The notes under the pieces: generated by a model | What the model was told of the DNA's origin: nothing | What the model saw: only the letters and a program-made list of their open reading frames with translations | Database searches by the model: none | Position numbers and translations under genes: made by a program | Shown: positions 31,006 to 39,896 of the stretch, one piece after another | Position numbering within the stretch: position 1 is the stretch's first letter | Layout of the letters: every line of letters starts with the position of its first letter | Source: Gammaproteobacteria bacterium | GTDB taxonomy: Bacteria; Pseudomonadota; Gammaproteobacteria; UBA4575 | Assembly: GCA_041576975.1 (NCBI GenBank) | Contig: JBFGJY010000001.1 | Span: 58,772-122,771, forward strand | Direction of reading: 5' to 3' | DNA length: 64,000 nucleotides

Positions 31006-31953
31006 ATGCCTGAGACAGGAGTTTTATCTCGTTTACGACAAGGACTGTCCAAAACCAGTGATGCACTTACCGAAGGCATTACTGATGCAGTGCTTGGAAA
31101 AAAAGAGCTAGATGCGGAGCTTATTACTGAATTAGAAGATCGGTTGCTGCTTGCTGATGTAGGCATAGAGACTACTAATAAAATCATTAATGGCTTAACT
31201 GCTCGAGTACGACGCAAACAATTATCCGATGTAAAAGTCCTATATGACGCCCTCCAAGAAAGTATTGCTGAAATTCTGGCGCCTTGTAATAAACCTCTGC
31301 TAATGCAAGACATCAGACCATTTACCATATTAGTTGTCGGTGTAAATGGAGCGGGTAAAACCACCACTATCGGAAAAATCGCACAACGCTTAGTAGAACA
31401 TGGCCAGTCAGTGATGCTTGCAGCTGGTGACACCTTTCGCGCAGCTGCCGTGGAACAGTTACAGGCGTGGGGTGAAAAAATCAATGTGCCTGTCATTGCG
31501 CAAGGGAGCGGGGCCGATAGTGCCGCAGTGGTTTTTGATGCTTATGAGTCTGCCAAAGCTCGTAACATGAATGTATTGATAGCCGATACGGCTGGGCGTT
31601 TACATACTCAACAAAATTTGATGGAGGAATTGCAAAAGATTAAACGAGTTATGCAAAAAATTGATCCGCATGCTCCACATGAAATATTACTCGTATTGGA
31701 TGCTGGTACAGGACAAAACGCAGTAAAGCAAGCTATTGAATTTAATCAGGCTCTAAATATTACCGGACTTTGTATAACAAAGCTCGATGGCACTGCTAAA
31801 GGTGGAGTAGTGTTAGCCATAGCTGATAAGTTAAAAGTGCCGATTCGCTATATTGGTGTGGGTGAAGCGGTAAAAGATCTGCGTTTATTTGATGCGTACC
31901 GCTATGCTGGCGCACTACTTGGACGAGAAGCAATTAATTCAACAATCGTATAA
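31006..31953 (+). CDS. ftsY: Signal recognition particle receptor FtsY (NG domains only)
   Basis: GVNGAGKTTTIGK, DTAGR and TKLDGTAKGG motifs. At 315 aa there is no long acidic A domain. Confidence 0.95.
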   Translation: MPETGVLSRLRQGLSKTSDALTEGITDAVLGKKELDAELITELEDRLLLADVGIETTNKIINGLTARVRRKQLSDVKVLYDALQESIAEILAPCNKPLLMQDIRPFTILVVGVNGAGKTTTIGKIAQRLVEHGQSVMLAAGDTFRAAAVEQLQAWGEKINVPVIAQGSGADSAAVVFDAYESAKARNMNVLIADTAGRLHTQQNLMEELQKIKRVMQKIDPHAPHEILLVLDAGTGQNAVKQAIEFNQALNITGLCITKLDGTAKGGVVLAIADKLKVPIRYIGVGEAVKDLRLFDAYRYAGALLGREAINSTIV

Positions 31954-31971
31954 AGACAAAAGTTTATATTA

Positions 31972-32667
31972 ATGATCGAGCTTCAAAATATCACTAAGCG
32001 TTATCCCGAAAATCGAGATGCGCTGTCGCATTTAAATCTCACACTAGAACCAGGCGAGATGGCATTCCTTACTGGACCCTCTGGTGCTGGCAAAAGCACC
32101 TTGCTAAAACTCATTGCCGCTATCGAGAGACCCACCCGTGGACAAATTTTTATTAATCGAAAAAATATTACTCGCATTCCAAAACGTAAAATTCCTGCTT
32201 TACGTCGTCATATGGGTATTGTGTTCCAAGACCATCATCTATTATACGATCGCAATGTCTTTGACAATGTTTCATTACCTTTGCAAATTGCAGGCTATGC
32301 ACAAGCCGATATTAACCGTCGTGCGCGTGCTGCACTAGATAAAGTGGCTTTGCTTGATAAAGAACATGTTATGCCAATTACATTATCCGGTGGTGAAAAA
32401 CAACGTGTTGGAATTGCGCGTGCCGTAGTAAATAAACCGGCAATTCTTTTAGCTGATGAGCCAACTGGCAACCTCGATCCGGATTTATCGGCAGAAATAA
32501 TGCAGCTTTTTGCTGAATTCAATCAAGTTGGTGTAACTGTATTGATTGCCAGCCACGATTTGGATCTGATTACACGATTGGGTAAACGCATTGTTCGATT
32601 ACGTGATGGAAAATGTGTCGATACTCAAGACTCTAATAATAATCAATATTACGAAATCATGAATTAA
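31972..32667 (+). CDS. ftsE: Cell division ATP-binding protein FtsE
   Basis: Walker A GPSGAGKST, LSGGEKQRV and LLADEPTGNLD motifs. Sits between ftsY and ftsX. Confidence 0.95.
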   Translation: MIELQNITKRYPENRDALSHLNLTLEPGEMAFLTGPSGAGKSTLLKLIAAIERPTRGQIFINRKNITRIPKRKIPALRRHMGIVFQDHHLLYDRNVFDNVSLPLQIAGYAQADINRRARAALDKVALLDKEHVMPITLSGGEKQRVGIARAVVNKPAILLADEPTGNLDPDLSAEIMQLFAEFNQVGVTVLIASHDLDLITRLGKRIVRLRDGKCVDTQDSNNNQYYEIMN

Positions 32668-32683
32668 GAACAAACACACACAC

Positions 32684-33652
32684 ATGGCAAAAGCCAAGCA
32701 ACCACAACCCTTAGCAAGACCAGATGTAATCACTCGTCTACGCGCCTATGGACGTGATCATTTACGTGGTTTGGTATTCAGTCTGGGTAAACTTTATCGG
32801 CAACCCTTTGCTACAACATTAACATTATTAATGGTGGCGGTAGCTTTAGCACTTCCGGCATGTCTATATGTTCTACTTAATAATCTCCAGGCAGTTACCC
32901 ATAAATGGGAAGATGCCGGCCAAATCACTTTGTTTTTGAAGATTAATACTAATGAAGATGCTATTAAAAAATTACGCAGCCGCTTTGAAGACCATCCAAA
33001 AATTGAAACTGTTGAATATGTACCCGCTGATGAAGCACTAAAAGAATTTCGTGCGCGCAGTGAATTTGGGCAACTGCTAAAAGGATTGCAAGATAATCCT
33101 CTTCCACCAACGTTGATACTCACACCAGCTGCATCGGCAAAAGATACTAATAGCCTCAATCAACTAGTTAACGATTTTCGATCTTTCTCCAACGTTGAAT
33201 ATGTTCAACTTGATATGCAATGGCTGCAACGTCTACAAGCCATTACAGATATTGTACGTCGTGCTATCAGTATTATTGGTGCTATGTTAGCCATATCCGT
33301 ACTGCTAGTAGTCGGCAACAGTATTCGACTTGACATTGAAAACCGTCGCGAAGAGATAGAAGTTACCAAACTTATTGGTGCCACAGATCGATTTATTAGG
33401 CGTCCCTTTTTGTATGGAGGCATGTGGTATGGCCTGTTAGGTGGAATAATTGCATTACTTTTAGTACTAATAGTATTACTGGTGATAAAACGGCCTACTC
33501 AAAATTTGGTCGGCTTGTATAACAGTAATTTTCAACTCATTTTCCCAAGCTTCAGGCAAAGCCTAGTGCTGGTCACATCAAGTATTGGATTAGGCCTATT
33601 TGGTTCTTGGTTAGCAGTTAGTCGACATATCACAAAGATAGAACCAACATAA
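32684..33652 (+). CDS. ftsX: Cell division permease-like protein FtsX
   Basis: 322 aa with four TM segments and a periplasmic domain, in the conserved ftsYEX order. Confidence 0.92.
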   Translation: MAKAKQPQPLARPDVITRLRAYGRDHLRGLVFSLGKLYRQPFATTLTLLMVAVALALPACLYVLLNNLQAVTHKWEDAGQITLFLKINTNEDAIKKLRSRFEDHPKIETVEYVPADEALKEFRARSEFGQLLKGLQDNPLPPTLILTPAASAKDTNSLNQLVNDFRSFSNVEYVQLDMQWLQRLQAITDIVRRAISIIGAMLAISVLLVVGNSIRLDIENRREEIEVTKLIGATDRFIRRPFLYGGMWYGLLGGIIALLLVLIVLLVIKRPTQNLVGLYNSNFQLIFPSFRQSLVLVTSSIGLGLFGSWLAVSRHITKIEPT

Positions 33653-34035
33653 TGCAGGCAACTAGTAACTAGCACTAAAGATAAAGACTAGCTGAAAACC
33701 CTTAATGCGCCTTCATTGTAACAACAACTAGTGCTTTAGACTCGCACGAAAAACTTCTTGCTTAATTAAGTCGCAATAGCTAACTATCTGTCGCCCTCTG
33801 TAATGTCAGCTTCCTTGTTACCCCCTAAACGCGCAAATGGATACTCTTTGAGTAAACGTGAATAGGCTCATTTAGCTTCTTCAAGGTTAAAAAACGATTG
33901 ACTTATTTTGACCCATTTATCATTACGCATGTTCATCACGTAATACGTGTGTCGGGGTGAAATTATTTGCTGGGTATCTGCACTCATCCTTAAGCATGCA
34001 TTGATGTTTAAAAAGAAATACTTGGGACCTTTACA

Positions 34036-34248
34036 TCACCATTCGTGTTCTAGATTAGTCACTGACAATCGCCAGTTGATGGCGTCCGCAGTATCGAATA
34101 TAAGCTCACGCTCATCAGGCCTTAATGCCACACCATTAAGCCGCTTTCGAATATAGGGTAAACCGCGACGAATCCAATAATCAATTGTGGGTTGGTCAAC
34201 GCCAAATATATGCGCCAGATCTGCTTTGCTTACTTGTACGCCAGCCAT
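34036..34248 (-). CDS. Phage Nu1-type (terminase small subunit-like) helix-turn-helix protein fragment
   Basis: The 70-aa sequence MAGVQVSKADLAHIFGVDQPTIDYWIRRGLPYI...LIFDTADAINW parallels the lambda Nu1 N-terminal wHTH (..NKKQLADIFGAS.RTIQNWQEQGMP....VLYDSAAVIKW). The frame continues through two TGA codons to 33784. Confidence 0.55.
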   Translation of the reverse strand: MAGVQVSKADLAHIFGVDQPTIDYWIRRGLPYIRKRLNGVALRPDERELIFDTADAINWRLSVTNLEHEW

Positions 34249-34493
34249 TTATGAGGACTACAAACGGGTTATTTCGAAGAATTGTATGAGCATATTTATT
34301 TAGGCGTTTACGTATTAGATAAAGTCTAAATTTGGGCCGATGGAAGGCCAAGCAAAATTCTGTTGTGATCGCACAATTAGCAAGCCCTCTTTGTTTTACT
34401 CAACACCTTTATATCGACAAAGATACTGAGCCATAAAATTGAAACAAGCTGTAATAGGGTAAAACGTGCAGACAGAGCGATGTAACTACCAAA

Positions 34494-35324
34494 TTGGACA
34501 AAGACTTAGTTGAAATGAATGAAACCGAATCAGTCACCAGCGTATTAGTAGTCGATGGATCCAGTGCCAGCCGTAAATTAGTTGCAAATAAACTTAAGCA
34601 TGTGCGGCCCGAGTTGGAGATTGATACACGCGCAACCGTAAGTTCTGCGATACCTAAACTACGTGAACAAACATATGATTTGGTTGCGGTCGGCTTCACA
34701 TTACCCGATGGGAATGGCTTGGATTTAGCTACTAAAATTCGTAGTTTGGGGGCCAATGCACATACACCCATCGTGATGATTTCTAGTAATGCCAGTGCGG
34801 ACGATACTCAAATACGAAATGCACATGGTATAAACGCACATTTTGATAAATCATTAGGTATCGATGCACTTATAGAATATTTAGAAAGCTTTCTACCCAA
34901 ACCGAAGGTACCGCCACCAAAAGTGCTATTTATAGAAGATAGTCAAACCGTTATCACCGTGACTAGCCGAATCTTTACACAAAATGAAATTCCCTTTACT
35001 GCAATCAAGTCTGGCAGCGAAGCCAAGAAATTGATTAGTAGCTTGAAACATAAGCTTGATTCCGAGTTTGATATTATGATTACAGATTTGAACCTAGAAG
35101 GTGATGTCTCAGGAAAGGACTTAGTGCGCTATATTCGTCAAGACTTGCGAATCGATAAAAAGTCCTTACCTATCCTTTTGGCGACTGGTAGCAGTGATGA
35201 CGAATTAGATTATGCGGAGTTACGCAAGCTTGGGGTAAACGACTTCATTAGCAAGCCTGTAGTGCAAGAAATTCTGTTAGCGCGTATGGAGCCTTGGGTA
35301 CTCATCAAACTAAACTTACATTAA
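34494..35324 (+). CDS. Stand-alone tandem receiver protein (pseudo-REC + canonical REC, no output domain)
   Basis: There are two CheY-like domains. In the first, the phospho-acceptor position is Gly (YDLVAVGFTLPDGNG). The second has ED...D (IMITDLNLEG)...T...K (ISKP). The track start at 34494 is TTG; the in-frame ATG at 34515 (MNETES...) is the more likely start. Confidence 0.8.
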   Translation: MDKDLVEMNETESVTSVLVVDGSSASRKLVANKLKHVRPELEIDTRATVSSAIPKLREQTYDLVAVGFTLPDGNGLDLATKIRSLGANAHTPIVMISSNASADDTQIRNAHGINAHFDKSLGIDALIEYLESFLPKPKVPPPKVLFIEDSQTVITVTSRIFTQNEIPFTAIKSGSEAKKLISSLKHKLDSEFDIMITDLNLEGDVSGKDLVRYIRQDLRIDKKSLPILLATGSSDDELDYAELRKLGVNDFISKPVVQEILLARMEPWVLIKLNLH

Positions 35325-35430
35325 GAAGTAGTGTCAAATATAAAACCATATAAAAAATACTGAAATTTAGTACGATTGACTCAATCCCTTTAATTATTGC
35401 TATGGATCAGTTCATGCTTTGAACTTAACC

Positions 35431-35462
35431 TATAATTAGCACTCTATTATGAAGAGTGCTAA
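35431..35462 (+). promoter_or_regulatory. TATAAT box overlapped by a perfect 10-bp-arm palindrome upstream of rpoH
   Basis: TATAAT at 35431..35436. TTAGCACTCT (35436..35445), a 7-nt spacer, then AGAGTGCTAA (35453..35462); the arms are exact reverse complements. The element ends 36 nt before the rpoH ATG. Confidence 0.5.
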
Positions 35463-35497
35463 AATCATTTCATTCCTAAAAGGGGGTTTTTGTAGAT

Positions 35498-36355
35498 ATG
35501 TCAAAGTCAATTACACCACTACAAGTCTCTATGGCTGTACCTACAGGCAGTATAGACAGCTACATTGCGTCTGCCTATCAGGTACCGGTGTTGGATGCTG
35601 AAGAAGAGCGGTCTTTAGCCCTGCGTCTACACAGCAGTAATGATCTTGATGCAGCACGTACTTTGATTGTTCACAATTTACGTTTTGTCATACAAGTCGC
35701 GCGCGGATATTCAGGCTATGGACTACCACTTGCTGACCTTATACAAGAAGGCAACGTTGGTTTAATGAAAGCGGTAAAACGCTTTGATCCACATAAAGGC
35801 GTGCGCTTGGTTTCGTTCGCAGTTCATTGGATACGTGCTGAAATTCATGAGTTTGTGATACGTAATTGGCGCATTGTTAAAATAGCTACTACCAAGGCAC
35901 AACGAAAGTTATTTTTTAATTTGCGTAGCTCTAAAAAACGCCTAGCTTGGTTAAACCGAGATGAAGTCGAAAACGTGGCTAAGGAACTTGGTGTTAAAGC
36001 AACCGAAGTCATAGAAATGGAAAAGCGTATCAGTAATACTGATCTTGGGTTTGATTTACCAAGCGATGATGCAGAGGAAGACGCATTTGTGCCTGCTGCC
36101 TATTTAAGCCATGACTCTAACGATCCTGAAAGACAAATTGAAGAAAGTGATTGGCAAACTCATCAAAATCAACAATTGCAAACTGCATTAACCACGTTAG
36201 ATGAACGCAGCCGCGATATCATTGCGCAACGTTGGCTAGCAGAAAATAAAGCGACCCTGCAGGAATTAGCAGAAAAGTATAAGGTATCGGCAGAGCGCGT
36301 ACGTCAGTTAGAGAACAATGCGATTAAAAAACTTAAAGCCACAGTTTCAGCATAA
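35498..36355 (+). CDS. rpoH: RNA polymerase sigma-32 factor
   Basis: Region 2 ([18 protein letters not shown]) and the RpoH box ([36 protein letters not shown]); 285 aa. Confidence 0.97.
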   Translation: MSKSITPLQVSMAVPTGSIDSYIASAYQVPVLDAEEERSLALRLHSSNDLDAARTLIVHNLRFVIQVARGYSGYGLPLADLIQEGNVGLMKAVKRFDPHKGVRLVSFAVHWIRAEIHEFVIRNWRIVKIATTKAQRKLFFNLRSSKKRLAWLNRDEVENVAKELGVKATEVIEMEKRISNTDLGFDLPSDDAEEDAFVPAAYLSHDSNDPERQIEESDWQTHQNQQLQTALTTLDERSRDIIAQRWLAENKATLQELAEKYKVSAERVRQLENNAIKKLKATVSA

Positions 36356-36360
36356 TTCCA

Positions 36361-37392
36361 TTATATACGCCCGTTTGTTTCCCTCAGGCTAGTTGAATAC
36401 ATCAGTGTAATAACGCAGAGTAATAATAGTGCTGCACCGATGTTATGCATGACGGCTATGCCAATAGGCAAGTGCCATATGATATTAGTGATACCGAGTG
36501 AGAGTTGTACTAATAACACAAGCAAAGTTAGCCCCGCCACTTTACGTAAAGTTCTTGTAGTAGAACTTCCTGTCAATATACGCACGAGTAGAATTAACCA
36601 ATAGATCGCTACTACGATTGCCAATAAACGATGGCTCATGTGAATTGCAATACGAGCAGGATTTTCCAGCACACCAAATTCATAGTTTGTTCCAAGCCCA
36701 CGCCAAAATATAAAGCCTTCTTTAAAATCTGTGTCTGGCCACCATTGTCCTTGACATGTAGGAAAATCTGGGCATGCCAAAGCTGCATAATTTGCACTCG
36801 TCCAACCCCCCAAAATTATCTGCCCAATCAATAACAACATCCCCACTACAATAATTGGTCTCATCGTGGTAATTGTGCTTTGCCTCATATCCGCTATCAC
36901 GGGTTTGGTTTTCAAAAACAACCACCAAAGTAATGACAATATGGTAAGCCCGCCCAATAAATGTAACATCACAATGACAGGCTTTAATAACAAAGTAACT
37001 GTCCACATTCCGAGCAAGGCTTGAAAAATAACTAAGACTATTAGAAATATTGGTAACCCTTTGGGTTGATTTGGCGCATTACGATTTTTCAAGGATAGAA
37101 TTGCAAGAAATACAATCAATAATCCAAGTGCGCCAGCAAAATATCTATGAATGACTTCTTTCCAGGCTTTGTCTGTTTCGACGGCACGTTGTGGATATGC
37201 ATCATTCGCCTGTTCAATTTCTTGAGTAGACTCTGGTATTCCCAATATATGCCCATAACAACCTGGCCAATCTGGGCAACCTAATCCAGCGTGTGAAAGG
37301 CGCACATAGGCGCCAAGAACGACCACTACTAAAGCAAGAATACATGCAAACAGCGCTGTTATATGAAATATTTTTAATTTATCGTTAACCAA
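36361..37392 (-). CDS. ctaA: Heme A synthase (COX15/CtaA)
   Basis: 343-aa eight-TM protein with GCPDWPGC and conserved His residues (HR..A, HL, HM.HR, H.). Lies in the cox cluster. Confidence 0.88.
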   Translation of the reverse strand: MVNDKLKIFHITALFACILALVVVVLGAYVRLSHAGLGCPDWPGCYGHILGIPESTQEIEQANDAYPQRAVETDKAWKEVIHRYFAGALGLLIVFLAILSLKNRNAPNQPKGLPIFLIVLVIFQALLGMWTVTLLLKPVIVMLHLLGGLTILSLLWWLFLKTKPVIADMRQSTITTMRPIIVVGMLLLIGQIILGGWTSANYAALACPDFPTCQGQWWPDTDFKEGFIFWRGLGTNYEFGVLENPARIAIHMSHRLLAIVVAIYWLILLVRILTGSSTTRTLRKVAGLTLLVLLVQLSLGITNIIWHLPIGIAVMHNIGAALLLLCVITLMYSTSLRETNGRI

Positions 37393-37978
37393 TTTTGGAA
37401 ACTTTTAGCAATCGTTTTAAATCTTTATTTATACCTTTTGCCGTAGCATGTTTGGAATAAAACATCATCAAATTACCTAGCGGGTCAATCAAATAGATTA
37501 AATGCTCGTCTAAGTCTTTAAATTGGGGTAAGTGTATATGAAACTGCGATTGATCAAACCATGCAATTTGCATATCAGGGTAGTTTTCGAAAATCGAACT
37601 TAGGTTTTCAGTATGTGAATGATTGCTTACGCCAAGAAATTTACGCTGAATACGTTGTCTATCACGACCCAAGGATAATCGTACTTGGCGCATTTTAAAC
37701 AAACTAGCTTCACAATAAAGATCACAACTTTGATTCCCTAGATACAAAAGTGTCCATTTTCCTATGAATTGTTCTTGTTCCCACTTAACCCCATTGAAAC
37801 TAATAATTGAGAACTCATTTAAAGGTCGAGGCGGTCGGATAAGTACCCCATGATTTTGAGTTTCTAATGTTAGCCAGCTGTTAGTACCAAAGTACAACCA
37901 AACTGCAAACAGTAACGGAGCAAAAAACACTGCAAACAGCCCAATTAAGTAGGCTCGACGTATTGATTGTTTTTTCAC
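37385..37978 (-). CDS. Membrane-anchored thioredoxin-fold / SCO-like protein of the cox cluster
   Basis: N-terminal TM anchor and a CxxxC motif (CDLYC) in a YLGNQSC context. Sits between SURF1 and COX15 with 4- and 8-nt overlaps. The function is inferred from context only. Confidence 0.4.
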   Translation of the reverse strand: MKKQSIRRAYLIGLFAVFFAPLLFAVWLYFGTNSWLTLETQNHGVLIRPPRPLNEFSIISFNGVKWEQEQFIGKWTLLYLGNQSCDLYCEASLFKMRQVRLSLGRDRQRIQRKFLGVSNHSHTENLSSIFENYPDMQIAWFDQSQFHIHLPQFKDLDEHLIYLIDPLGNLMMFYSKHATAKGINKDLKRLLKVSKIG

Positions 37979-38712
37979 TTATGCTCCATAGAATTAAACC
38001 GTGGCAAATGCAACAATACAAAAATCACCAAAACTGTTATTGCTAGGGCAAACCATTGCACGGCATAGGCAAGGTGGCGTTTTGGAGTAAAAGCAAATAC
38101 TGGCCATTCGGTTTTAAACCCACCCGTTTGATAAGCTTCTAAGCGTACGGTAAAAGGTTGTAGCTCTAATTCGAGACGGTCTCCTAAAGCTTCAAAATCT
38201 AGATACTGTATCAATCTAGGCCAGGTTGTCTCACCATTGTCAATCTCACCCAAATGATAGGGTTCGCCAAATGGAACATACACAGAACCGATAATTGACC
38301 GTGATTGCTCATCAATCGAAATAGCAGGTAGCTCTGCACGCGACCGACCTAATGGCACCCAACCCCGATCTACCAACAACACAGTTTGAGAGCCATCAAG
38401 TAAAAAAGGAGTTAAAATATTATAGCCAACCTGATGTTGATGCACCTGATTGTCCAACACAAATTGGCGTGATGATAAATATTTTCCTTGCAATTGGACT
38501 CGTTGGAATCGTAATGTGCTAGGGTTGTAAATAGGCAAAGAAAGTTTTACTGGCGCACTTTTTTTAAGTTGTTCAATTTTAATTAGTATATGTTTTTTTT
38601 CTTCTGCTCGATGCAACTGCCAGACACCCAGAACACTAAGAAAAAATACTCCAAAAATTGTAGCGATGACACTTAACCATGAAGGTTTATGCAACGGAAT
38701 CTTATTATTCAT
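37975..38712 (-). CDS. SURF1-family cytochrome oxidase biogenesis protein
   Basis: N- and C-terminal TM helices and a GVWQL.R...K motif; 245 aa. Sits in the cox cluster. Confidence 0.85.
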   Translation of the reverse strand: MNNKIPLHKPSWLSVIATIFGVFFLSVLGVWQLHRAEEKKHILIKIEQLKKSAPVKLSLPIYNPSTLRFQRVQLQGKYLSSRQFVLDNQVHQHQVGYNILTPFLLDGSQTVLLVDRGWVPLGRSRAELPAISIDEQSRSIIGSVYVPFGEPYHLGEIDNGETTWPRLIQYLDFEALGDRLELELQPFTVRLEAYQTGGFKTEWPVFAFTPKRHLAYAVQWFALAITVLVIFVLLHLPRFNSMEHK

Positions 38713-38747
38713 GATAAAAAAGCAACTTCTAACTTTTGGGTCATTTC

Positions 38748-38957
38748 ATGCTACTTAAAGTCATTGTTGTAATATTATTTTTTTTAATATTAGCCAGTTT
38801 AGGTTCGGGATTAATTTATCTAGTAAAAGATAAAGGCCAGACCAAACGGACTGCAAATGCCTTAACTTTTAGGATTGCAATTTCCCTGATTGCATTTCTA
38901 TTACTTATTCTTGGATACGTTACGGGCTTGATTCAACCACACGGCATATCTGGTTAA
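38748..38957 (+). CDS. DUF2909-type twin-transmembrane small protein
   Basis: About 69 aa with two TM helices joined by a basic loop (KDKGQTKRTANALTFR). Track start is TTG at 38736; an ATG at 38748 is more likely. It is the only plus-strand gene in the cox cluster. Confidence 0.6.
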   Translation: MLLKVIVVILFFLILASLGSGLIYLVKDKGQTKRTANALTFRIAISLIAFLLLILGYVTGLIQPHGISG

Positions 38958-38972
38958 ACAAACTTCTATACT

Positions 38973-38996
38973 AAAAACGCCGCGGATGCGGCGTTT
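38973..38996 (-). terminator. Rho-independent terminator after coxC (usable in both directions)
   Basis: aaaaACGCCGCggatGCGGCGTttt: a 7-bp GC-rich stem with a 4-nt loop. The T-run on the minus strand is 5 nt. Lies 28 nt past the coxC stop. Confidence 0.8.
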
Positions 38997-39023
38997 GATC
39001 AATAATAAATATTAATTTGTTTG

Positions 39024-39896
39024 TTACAGCCAATATACGAAGATAAATAGGCCCAGCCACACTACATCCACAAAATGCCAATACCAAGCTGCGGCTTCAA
39101 AGGCAAAGTGCTGATCAGGTGTAAAGTGACCAAAAATGCAACGCACTAAAATGACGGCAAGAATGATGGCACCAAGGGTCACATGAAAACCATGAAACCC
39201 TGTAAGCATAAAAAACGTTGAGCCATATATCCCTGAGCCCAAGGTTAAACCAAGATGTTGATAGGCCTCATAATATTCAACAGCTTGAAGCACCATAAAA
39301 ATTGCACCTAAGGCCACCGTTAAGGATAGGCCAATGATCAATTGACCACGATGATTCGCTTTTAGAGCATGGTGTGCCCAGGTTATCGTGGCACCACTGG
39401 TTAGCAAAATGGCAGTATTAATTGCAGGTAGCCCCCAGGCAGCCATAGGTTCAAACTCTCCACCGATTTCACCTGGACCATTTGCTGTCAGTGGCCAAAT
39501 CGCTTCAAAACCCGGCCATAAATAGTTATTGGTAGGTGCACCAGTACCTTCGCCTCCTAACCAAGGCAGTGAATAGACCCGTGTATAAAATAACGCCCCA
39601 AAAAATGCGGCAAAAAACATGACTTCAGAAAATATGAACCAAAACATGCCCCATCGAAATGACACATCTACTTGTTTGTTATAGGTGCCAGATTCACTTT
39701 CTCGAATGACGGCCCCAAACCATCCAAACAGCATCACCAACAAGATTAGCGCCCCCACAATCATCAACCACTTCCCCCAGTTAGTGCCATTGAGGAAGTT
39801 GGAAAATCCAAGCATAAGACTAAAAATTGCAATAGAACCAATAAACGGCCAATAACTTCCATGCGGTATGTAATAGTTACTTTCTGTATGTTCCAT
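39024..39896 (-). CDS. coxC: Cytochrome c oxidase subunit III
   Basis: 290-aa seven-TM protein with typical subunit III motifs (FMLTGFHGFHV, YWHFVDVVW). Confidence 0.95.
   Translation of the reverse strand: MEHTESNYYIPHGSYWPFIGSIAIFSLMLGFSNFLNGTNWGKWLMIVGALILLVMLFGWFGAVIRESESGTYNKQVDVSFRWGMFWFIFSEVMFFAAFFGALFYTRVYSLPWLGGEGTGAPTNNYLWPGFEAIWPLTANGPGEIGGEFEPMAAWGLPAINTAILLTSGATITWAHHALKANHRGQLIIGLSLTVALGAIFMVLQAVEYYEAYQHLGLTLGSGIYGSTFFMLTGFHGFHVTLGAIILAVILVRCIFGHFTPDQHFAFEAAAWYWHFVDVVWLGLFIFVYWL

Noticed and set aside
30963-31496. 177-aa ORF on the minus strand opposite ftsY
   Set aside because: It is entirely antisense to a well-supported ftsY. Its Ser/Ala/Cys-rich low-complexity translation is typical of a shadow frame, and it has no motifs.
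32794-33159. 121-aa minus-strand ORF opposite ftsX
   Set aside because: Antisense shadow frame of ftsX with no independent support.
33676-35462. Shared TAGCACT motif just after ftsX (33676, and inverted near 33739) and in the rpoH palindrome, as possible att-like insertion borders
   Set aside because: The match is only 7-9 nt and lies in low-complexity 'actag' context near ftsX. The flanks do not align, so it is too short to separate from chance without genome-wide statistics.
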